This document shows, piece after piece, positions 56,607 through 64,000 of a stretch of 64,000 nt of DNA. Each line of letters begins with the position of its first letter. The stretch's first letter is position 1. A program made the translations under genes and the position numbers. A model generated the notes under the pieces. It was not told the DNA's origin and searched no databases. It saw only the letters and a program-made list of their open reading frames with translations. The DNA is from Patescibacteria group bacterium UBA2773 (GTDB lineage Bacteria; Patescibacteriota; Minisyncoccia; Moranbacterales; DUUL01). The stretch covers positions 564-64,563 of the forward strand of contig DEIN01000008.1 of assembly GCA_002352465.1 (NCBI GenBank), given 5' to 3'.

Positions 56607-58136
56607 TTATTTTTTGCTAATTTTACCAATCTTTGCCTCAAAATTTCCATCTTGTAATTCAACCTCGATTAGTTCTTTATTTTTAAGGTTTTTGATGGAG
56701 CTAATTATTTTTCTATTCTGCGAATAGACCACTCCATAGCCTTTTTTTAAAATATCTTTGGGATTCAGAAAATTGATTTTAGATTGGAATAAATTGATTA
56801 AATTTTCTTGATTTTCCAAGGTTGATTTTGCTTCTGAAATAATTCGATTTTTAAAATTTTCTAATTTTTGCAATAAAGAAGATGTTTGAAAAATTTTTTC
56901 ATTCAATAAGAAAAAAATAGTTTTGATTGATTGATTAAAATTGTTAAAAACAGTTTCAATATTAGAGTTTAAACGACTTAAATAATTCACAATCTTTTTT
57001 TGATAATTATTCAAAAGGCTTTCTTGGGATGCTTCCAAATTTTCTAAAAGTTCTTGGCAGTTGGTTAAAATTGTTTCTCTGGTTTGGCTAATTTGAGTTG
57101 CTACAATTGAAGGGGTGGAACAGTCGAAATCAGAACTCATTCCGGCGAAAGTTTCGTCATTTTCGTGTCCAATTCCAGTGATAGTCGGAATTTTTGAGGC
57201 AATTATTGTTTCTATTACTTTTTCACTATTAAAAGTTTTTAGACTCTCCCAACTGCCTCCACCTCGAATAAGCACTAAAATATCCAATTTTTGAGCTTGT
57301 CGATTAAACATTTGAATTGCGTTGATGATTGAGTTCTCTGCTTGATCGCCTTCAACATAAACATTTTTCAGGAAAACCTCAAAACCAAAATCAGCTAAAT
57401 TTTTATTAAAATCATGAATAGCGGCTCCGTTACTGGAAGTTATTAGTCCAATTTTTTTAATAACCGTTGGCAAAGTTCTTTTGCGGTCTTGGTCGAAATA
57501 ACCCTTTCCTAGTAATTTTTGTTTTAGTTTTTCCAAGGCTTTTTTATAGCCACCTTCACCAATCGGTTCAATCCGAGTGACTACGAATTTAAAATTGCCA
57601 TTTTTGGGATAAATTGAAGGCAAGCCATAAACAATCACGCCTAAGCCTTCTTCTAGCAGATGACTGAGGTATAAAAAATTATTTCGAAAAACTACGCATT
57701 GCATGGTTGATTCATGATCATTGGAATCTTTTAAGTCAAAGAAAGCCAAACCTCGATCAATCCCACTTAAGTCATTGATTTCGCCCACCACTTTTATTTC
57801 TTTGAATTGCTGGACAGTTAAATTAATGAAATTAATATATTGAGCGACCGATAAAATACTCTCGTCACTTGGGGAATTGCTTTCTTGAATATTTTCGATT
57901 GAATTATTCTTTGGACTTTCTTTGGAATTAATCATTATTAAAACTTCTCGTCCATATTTTTCTATTTTTTTCGGTCCCCAGCCAGAAAGGGTCTCTAGTG
58001 CTTGAGGATTTTCAGGGCTAAGACGCAAAGCATCCTCCAAATTTTTATTGCTTAGAATATAGTAAGCTGGCTTGCTGGATCTTCTGGCCAATTCATCCCG
58101 CCAATTTTTTAGTTTTTCTATTATTTTATAATCCAT
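56607..58136 (-). CDS. xseA: Exodeoxyribonuclease VII large subunit with an N-terminal HRDC domain
   Basis: The N-terminal 70 aa (IEKLKNWRDELARRSSKPAYYILSNKNLEDALRLSPENPQALETLSGWGPKKIEKYGREVL) match the HRDC fold. The rest is canonical XseA (OB fold, catalytic domain, C-terminal coiled coil). Confidence 0.8.
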   Translation of the reverse strand: MDYKIIEKLKNWRDELARRSSKPAYYILSNKNLEDALRLSPENPQALETLSGWGPKKIEKYGREVLIMINSKESPKNNSIENIQESNSPSDESILSVAQYINFINLTVQQFKEIKVVGEINDLSGIDRGLAFFDLKDSNDHESTMQCVVFRNNFLYLSHLLEEGLGVIVYGLPSIYPKNGNFKFVVTRIEPIGEGGYKKALEKLKQKLLGKGYFDQDRKRTLPTVIKKIGLITSSNGAAIHDFNKNLADFGFEVFLKNVYVEGDQAENSIINAIQMFNRQAQKLDILVLIRGGGSWESLKTFNSEKVIETIIASKIPTITGIGHENDETFAGMSSDFDCSTPSIVATQISQTRETILTNCQELLENLEASQESLLNNYQKKIVNYLSRLNSNIETVFNNFNQSIKTIFFLLNEKIFQTSSLLQKLENFKNRIISEAKSTLENQENLINLFQSKINFLNPKDILKKGYGVVYSQNRKIISSIKNLKNKELIEVELQDGNFEAKIGKISKK

Positions 58137-58245
58137 TTTTATCTATATTTTAATCAGTATTTATTTAAAATAGCATAAATTTTTAGAAAAGAAAAAGGGC
58201 TCACCATGTTTTGGCAAACCCCCACATTTTTTTTCTGTTCTTTTA

Positions 58246-58539
58246 TCAAGACATTTTTACTGTCGCAATAAAAGATTCAACAGATCCATTAAGCGACTTT
58301 AAAAAAGTAGCTTTAAATGAAGCGAAATTTCTATTTTCTGTTTTTATTAATTCCTCTCTAAAGGAGGAGATAAAAATTATTGGGATTATTTTTCCACTTT
58401 TTTCAAGTTTTTCCGTCATTTCAATTCCTGTTTTATGAGGAAGCAAAATATTGGAAATAATGAGATCAAAGGTTTCTTCTTCTGGTGAGTCTAAAGCATT
58501 CTCTGCTGAACTTACTGTTTTAACTTTGGCCTTACTCAA
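58246..58539 (-). pseudogene. Response-regulator receiver-domain fragment (C-terminal two thirds)
   Basis: TFDLIISNILLPHKTGIEMTEKL...IIPIIFISS matches receiver beta3-alpha3-beta4. It has a TTG start, a stop immediately upstream in frame, and no beta1 DD pocket. Confidence 0.4.
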
Positions 58540-58616
58540 AGAAAGAATAAAAGTCTCTCTTAAAAACCAAGAAAAAAAGCGTTGTTTTCAACAATTAAAA
58601 TTCTTTGGCTCATTTC

Positions 58617-58991
58617 TCACATCTTCCGCTTAAGTTTGAAAAAAGTCAGTTTTATGTAAAGATAAATTACCAGTTTTTGTAACCTCATTTTTTCTAAAAA
58701 AGATTGCCGGAAATCTATTTCAATAATACTTCCAGCTCCAGCTTTTAGATCTTCTTCATTTTGAATGACATTTAAAGTGCCTTTTAAAATTCTAAATTCT
58801 GGTAATGCTTTGTCAATAATGACGATTTGAAATCTTTCCTTATTGACTAACAAGGCGGCTTTTTCTCCAGAAAAAGAATTTTTAAATCCATACTCAATAC
58901 CTTTCTGATTTAAATACAAATGAAATTTTCGGCCGAACTCACAGCTTTCGGGTGAAGATGTTAACGCAAATAAAATTTTACTTTTTTTCAA
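58617..58991 (-). pseudogene. Degenerate receiver-like fragment or hypothetical
   Basis: KILFALTSS...QIVIIDKALPEF has weak receiver similarity. It is adjacent to the other fragment in a different frame. Confidence 0.3.
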
Positions 58992-59170
58992 TTGATACCT
59001 CCCATATCTTTTGAAAGAATTAATAAAGAACTACTCACAAACCGTTTAATAATACAACCGATTAAAGCTTTTGTCAACGGATTTATCTTGAATTTTCTCA
59101 TTTTCCATTGGTTTCCACTGGTTCAACCAGTGGGAAGACCAGTGGGAAGAAAATTAATTTAAAAATAAAA

Positions 59171-59203
59171 AAGCTCTTGGAAAACCAAGAGCTTTTTGAG
59201 GAT
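59171..59203. terminator. Bidirectional intrinsic terminator (aagctcttgg-aaaa-ccaagagctt) after the SPFH gene
   Basis: It has a 10-bp GC-containing stem and T-runs on both strands. It lies 24 bp past the minus-strand stop at 59227. Confidence 0.65.
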
Positions 59204-59226
59204 TTTTAAATTTTTAAAAATTAAGA

Positions 59227-60237
59227 TTATTGAATATTTTTGAATAACGGTATGCCGTTGTCTCCGATTGGAACATAGATTGTTCCTTCTCGATCTTGAA
59301 GATTTTGAATATAAAGATAATTCAAATAGGCTGGAGTCAAACTTTGATTAATAATTGTTTGTGACTCTCTCTGTCCTTCGGCTGCAATTATTTTTCGTTC
59401 TTTTTCTTTAGTCTCTCTAGTTAAAACAAAATCCATTTTTTCTGATTCTTGTTCAGCTTGAAGTTTTTCCTCGATTGATTTTTGCAAATTCATCGGCAAA
59501 ACAACGTTTCTTAAAAGAAATTCTTCCATAATAATTCCCCGATTAGCCAATTGAGAATCTAGGTCGCTAGAAATTTTTTCACTAATCTCTGATCTTTTTT
59601 GAGAATAAATAACTTTAGCATCGTATTGGGCAATAACACCTCGGATGGAACTTCTAATTATTGGTCGAATAATTTTATCTTCATAATTCAAACCCATTTC
59701 TCTATAGATATTAGAAGCTTTTTCCTCGTTTAATTTATATAAAACTGTAATGTCTAAGGACACCTCTAAGCCTTCTTTAGTAAGAGCTACAATTGAATCA
59801 ATGCCTTGAACTTTCCCTTCTGTGCTAACTCCGCTCATTGTATATTCTTCGGTTCGAACAGTGAGCTTAGTTACCTTGGCGAATGGATTTTTTAGATGAA
59901 AGCCAGATTTTAACTCTTGATCTCGGACTTTTCCAAATAATGAATAAACTCCAGTTTCTCCAGCGTCAATAATTACAATTGACAGAGGCAGTAAAATTAT
60001 TAAAATCACCAATATTATCACTAAGCTAGTTCCTTTTTTGACCCATTGACCCAAATTTGAAAGATCAAAATTATTATAATTATTCATATGATTTTTATTA
60101 AGATTAAATTTTTTAATTAAAAAGATCACTAAACCTATTACTATTAAAACAGCAATGGCATTCTTGAGCGACAACAAAAATAAGATTGCTAAAATTATCC
60201 AAAAATATTTTTTCACTTGCTCACTCTGAAAATTCAT
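59227..60237 (-). CDS. SPFH/band-7 domain membrane protein (HflK/C-like)
   Basis: It has an N-terminal transmembrane helix, then an SPFH domain (ETGVYSLFGKV...) and a C-terminal coiled coil. Confidence 0.75.
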   Translation of the reverse strand: MNFQSEQVKKYFWIILAILFLLSLKNAIAVLIVIGLVIFLIKKFNLNKNHMNNYNNFDLSNLGQWVKKGTSLVIILVILIILLPLSIVIIDAGETGVYSLFGKVRDQELKSGFHLKNPFAKVTKLTVRTEEYTMSGVSTEGKVQGIDSIVALTKEGLEVSLDITVLYKLNEEKASNIYREMGLNYEDKIIRPIIRSSIRGVIAQYDAKVIYSQKRSEISEKISSDLDSQLANRGIIMEEFLLRNVVLPMNLQKSIEEKLQAEQESEKMDFVLTRETKEKERKIIAAEGQRESQTIINQSLTPAYLNYLYIQNLQDREGTIYVPIGDNGIPLFKNIQ

Positions 60238-60392
60238 AAAAGATTTTAACTATTAATTTTAAGATTATTATTATTATAACCCTTTTTTTATTTTTTGCAA
60301 TTTTTTCAAGCTATGGACAAAAGATTGAATTTGTTGTATTTTTTCTTATATTGATAATTTGAATTTTAGAACCTTGAAAAGGATTAATATTT

Positions 60393-60578
60393 ATGAAAAA
60401 ACTTCAATTAACTGCAGACCAAGAAGAAATTTTCAAAAAAGCATTAGAAGAAGCTCATGATAATGGCGTGAATGATAGAGGTCATTTAATTAACGGAAGT
60501 ACTGAATATATATTGGGGAGAAAAGAAAGTGCGGAAAATATTTTGTTAAAATATTTTAATCTTTTTAAAACCACTTAA
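60393..60578 (+). CDS. Small hypothetical protein (61 aa)
   Basis: It is an ORF with an AGGA-like SD. I find no motif. Confidence 0.3.
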   Translation: MKKLQLTADQEEIFKKALEEAHDNGVNDRGHLINGSTEYILGRKESAENILLKYFNLFKTT

Positions 60579-60603
60579 TCGTAAAATAAAAGGGAGGTTT
60601 ATT

Positions 60604-60828
60604 TTGCGAGATAACAATGGGAAAGAGATCCTGCGAAAAGAAATCAAAGAAACCATGGAGGAATTCAATCTTAGTAAAAAGGAGGCGATTTTTTTTATTA
60701 GGGAAACGAGAGACCAATTTTTGCTTTCGGAAATATTTTTTAATCCAATTATTGATTGGAATTTTTTTCTAGATGAAGATTGGAAGGATGATCTATCAAA
60801 AATTCCAGACTTTAATTTTGATAATTGA
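60604..60828 (+). CDS. Small acidic hypothetical protein (74 aa), TTG start with a strong SD (aagggagg)
   Basis: The SD is 6 nt upstream of TTG. It follows 25 nt after the previous small ORF. Confidence 0.35.
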   Translation: MRDNNGKEILRKEIKETMEEFNLSKKEAIFFIRETRDQFLLSEIFFNPIIDWNFFLDEDWKDDLSKIPDFNFDN

Positions 60829-61051
60829 AGGCATATTCTAAAAAATACTGGGAAAAAGAAAGAATTTCTCAAAATTGTTTTGAATTAATCTCTTCAAAGA
60901 TTCAGGCTAAAATAAAAAAACTTGCCTGAAAAATGAATGTATTTAAATGTTAAAGACCGAAATTCTAAACTTGAATCTTGGTCTTTATTCTTGTCTTGAA
61001 ATATTTTTTCACTCCCGTAAATCAGTTTATGGGTGTGGGGATTTGGATTTT

Positions 61052-62083
61052 TTATTTATTTTTTCCAGCGAGTTGTCCACAAGCGCCTTGAATGTCGTTG
61101 CCCATATTTTTTCTAATAGTGCAATGAACTCTTTCTGTCTTTAAGGCTTCTTTGAATTTTTGAGCGGTTTCTTTGGAGGAAGCGTTTAATTCTCCGCCGA
61201 TTGAATTGTAGCGAATTAAATTAACATGAATTAATTGCATCTTTCCAATAGATTTTAGAAAATTAGCTAGTTTTAAAACATCTTCTTGGCTGTCATTGAT
61301 GTCTTTCAATAAAATATATTCGATAAAAACTTTACGGGTATTGGTTTTGAAATAATTTTGAAGAAAATTTTTCAAATCGTTCAATCCATATTTTTTATTA
61401 ATGGGCATATAAAGTTCCCTCTTGGTGTCATTAGCAAAATGTAAAGAAAGAGCCAGATTAACTTGAGGGAAATCTTGAGCAAATTTTTCCATTACTTCCA
61501 CAATTCCTACTGTTGAAACAACAATATTCCTTCGACCAAAATCAAAAAATTTTTCATCAATTAAAATATTCAAACTTTCTTTGACATTGTCCCAATTCAA
61601 AAACGGTTCGCCCATTCCCATATAGACAATATTGCTGAATTGACCAGTTAGTTTATTCGTTTTTAAATATTGTCGCCAAAATAAAACCTGACTAGTGATT
61701 TCATCCGCAGTTAAATCTCGCTTAAAACCACCTTTTCCAGTAGCACAAAATAAACAACCTAGCGGACAGCCAACTTGAGAAGAAATACAAGCTGACCAAT
61801 GCCCTTCCTGCGGCGAAAGCAAAACTGTTTCGATTAAACTGTCGTCTTCTAGTTTTAAAAGCGCTTTAATAGCGTTTTTTTCTTTTGAAATAAGTACTTT
61901 AGATCCTTTGAATGGCAAAATTTTGAATTTTTTGTTTAACTGACTGCGTAAATTCTTGGAAACCGTTGAAATTTCCGAAAAAGAAATTATCCCGTCTTTA
62001 AAAATCGCCTGACAAATCTGCTTGAAACGAAAACTGGGTTCATTCTTTTCTGTTAAAAATTTTTCTAGCTCTTTGATATTCAT
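61052..62083 (-). CDS. rlmN: Radical-SAM 23S rRNA (adenine2503-C2)-methyltransferase RlmN/Cfr family
   Basis: The radical-SAM motif is CPLGCLFCATG. GMGEPFLN and a C-terminal catalytic Cys (GACGQL) are present. Confidence 0.85.
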   Translation of the reverse strand: MNIKELEKFLTEKNEPSFRFKQICQAIFKDGIISFSEISTVSKNLRSQLNKKFKILPFKGSKVLISKEKNAIKALLKLEDDSLIETVLLSPQEGHWSACISSQVGCPLGCLFCATGKGGFKRDLTADEITSQVLFWRQYLKTNKLTGQFSNIVYMGMGEPFLNWDNVKESLNILIDEKFFDFGRRNIVVSTVGIVEVMEKFAQDFPQVNLALSLHFANDTKRELYMPINKKYGLNDLKNFLQNYFKTNTRKVFIEYILLKDINDSQEDVLKLANFLKSIGKMQLIHVNLIRYNSIGGELNASSKETAQKFKEALKTERVHCTIRKNMGNDIQGACGQLAGKNK

Positions 62084-62867
62084 AGTTTGTAATATTTGAT
62101 TTAGATTACTATTAAATCACAAAAACGCTTTTTTTCAAAGCGTCTATTCAATTAAATTCAATAACATTCCCCGCTCCCATACTCCAGTGTATGGGAGTAA
62201 AATGTTCTTTATTCATAATTAACATTTAAATTTTTTCTATTTGTAAAAAATAAATTATCTGCTAAATTAAAATTAGGGTTTTACTTTAAAATTAAAAGCC
62301 ACAACTTTAAAATAAAGGAGGTAAAATGCATCCTAGTTGGAGAGTAAGAAAAAACAATTTTTACACAGCTAGACGGTGTCAAATTGTTTTCTTTGCCCAA
62401 AAAACTCATTGCTTTTCAAAAGGAGGTGGTCATCTTCTAGCGCTTAATAGGAGAGTCCTATTTTAGTGTCAGGGTTAATTATTTTTTCAAATAACCCGTC
62501 AGGGCTAATTCCCCTGGAATATTGTTTTAAATAAATTAGGGATGTCCAAAAAGACATCCCTAAAAAAATACATAATTTTTATTTTTTTAAAATATTTCCA
62601 TAATATATAATAGTTTTTATTCCAATGCAGAATTTAGATTAGCTTGCATCTTAGTCTCTAGGTCTTTCACGTGCTGATTGACTTGTTTCTATACTTGTCC
62701 AATTTGTTGCTCAGTTCTTTTTTTTGGTTTCTTAAATAGTTTTTATTCTATTTAAATATAAAGGAATCATAATAAAAAGCATTATTGCAATACTTATAAG
62801 AAAAACAATCATCGAAAAACCTTGTTATTTTATTTTTATAATTTTTGTTTTAAATATCATTACATCT

Positions 62868-62895
62868 ATAGATACCTCTATAGATGTATTTATAA
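62868..62895. promoter_or_regulatory. 12-bp inverted repeat with a 4-bp spacer (ttacatctataga tacc tctatagatgta)
   Basis: The arms are near-perfect and it lies about 235 bp upstream of the GT39-like gene. It could be an operator or terminator. Confidence 0.4.
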
Positions 62896-63130
62896 TGATA
62901 TATTTTTAAAAATTTTTCAAAACCAGTTTATAATTTTTGATGAATCAATAATTTTTAAATAAAGCCTTTGGCAATTGAAAATTTTGAAATTATAAATTGA
63001 TTGTAAGCCTGTCTGCCGGTAGGCGGGTTGTAAATTGTAAATTATTTTAAATTTTTATAGGTTGTCAATTTAATTAGATAAGTCTAAAATTAAACTAAAT
63101 CTAAATCTATATCTTAACTACAAACAAAAA

Positions 63131-64000
63131 TGAAACTTGATTTAAAAAAATCTTTGATAATTTTAGGAGTAATTTTGATGTTGGGAGGTTTTTTGAGAAT
63201 TTACAAACTTAATAATATGTCTTTGAAAGCCGATGAATTTATTGGGGTTAACATTAGCCAAGGACATCACCAGACTGGGCAATGGAAGTTTTGGGAATGG
63301 AATAAAGATGAATTAACTGACGGTGACTATACGCGAGGACAAGTTTACTATTTTCAAGTTAGTAAACTTTTGGATTTTGTTGCTCCAACAGAATTTAATT
63401 TCAGACTGATCAGTGTTCTCTGGGGAATGATCGGAATAATTTTAATGTTTTTTGTTGGTTATTTTTATACCAAAAATTTTATTATCGCTCTTTTGAGTGC
63501 TTTTCTATGGGCCGTTAGTATTTCCGCTATTACTTTTGACCGACATCTTCGAATGTATGCGATGTTTGCACCAGTTTATTTAATCTTATCAACATTGACT
63601 TATCAATTTTTAGAAACAATTCCGGGGAAGTCCAAAACTTTTTTGAATCAATTGTCTAGAAAAACCAAGCTGAATTGGAATTATTTTATTCCAGCCTTCT
63701 TTTTACTTGTTTTATCTTTTGCTACTCATTTTTTAACTATCAACATTTTTTCAACTATTGGAGTTTATATTTTATTTTTTGCAATTTATGAATGGAAGAA
63801 AAATAATAAAATAGCTAACAAATATTCCTGGTTATTGCTTTTGCCTTTAGCTTCTCTGCTACTTTTAACGCTAACGGGCTTTGTTGGAAGATCCTCTGAC
63901 TTTTTGGGTCTTATGGAGAATAATTTTGGTCATTTTGGAAATATCACCATTGACTATAGTCATTCTTTGTTGGCAGTCACTTTTTTTATTATTGGTGCGG
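63131..64000 (+). CDS. ArnT/PMT-like (GT39/GT83 family) membrane glycosyltransferase, N-terminal part; continues past the window end
   Basis: MKLDLKKSLIILGVILMLGGFLRIYKL is followed by multiple transmembrane helices and loop motifs typical of dolichyl/undecaprenyl-phosphate sugar transferases. The frame is open to the window edge. Confidence 0.6.

Overview
This is an AT-rich (~30% GC), gene-dense bacterial chromosomal segment with no rRNA, tRNA or CRISPR that I could detect. Archaeal-type UMP kinase, ribosomal-protein extensions, DUF4012/four-helix-bundle proteins, very limited metabolism and compact operons suggest a small-genome Patescibacteria/CPR-like organism (inference). Standard stop codons appear to be in use.

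Core content:
- Ribosomal and alpha-operon block on the minus strand: infA, rpmJ, rpsM, rpsK, rpsD, rpoA, rplQ, rplM, rpsI.
- Other translation genes: rplI, rpmA, gltX.
- recA, recJ, ruvC, xseA, pyrG, trxB, uppS (partial), pgk, an ADP-forming acetyl-CoA synthetase and a PfkB kinase.
- A MacB-type ABC exporter, htrA, a parvulin PPIase, secF, glycosyltransferases, and a cell-envelope cluster (FtsA/PilM-like ATPase, DUF4012, a Wzy/O-antigen-ligase-like membrane protein).

Notable accessory or unusual content:
1. A ~3.6 kb island (42.7-46.3 kb) bounded by ~30-bp imperfect direct repeats. It carries a gamma-class N6-adenine methyltransferase, a DUF3800 gene broken by one in-frame TAA, and a DUF262(ParB-like)-HNH nuclease. 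This is a candidate defense/restriction island inserted between the infA operon and recJ.
2. A co-directional deoxypyrimidine cluster: dcd, a phage-T4-like dNMP kinase, a HAD phosphatase, a tandem-duplicated ThyX-like protein, a tmk-like gene and dut. The two ThyX halves retain complementary parts of the ThyX motif.
3. An IVS-like element: the four-helix-bundle (23S-IVS protein family) gene sits inside 35-bp inverted repeats.
4. Two ~110-bp direct repeats with a 19-bp stem, placed right after the stop codons of infA and rpmJ.
5. XseA carries an N-terminal HRDC domain.
6. Several families of short intergenic repeats and GC-rich motifs, hairpins and palindromes, including a 24-bp perfect palindrome operator in front of a 54-aa AbrB/MazE-like gene.
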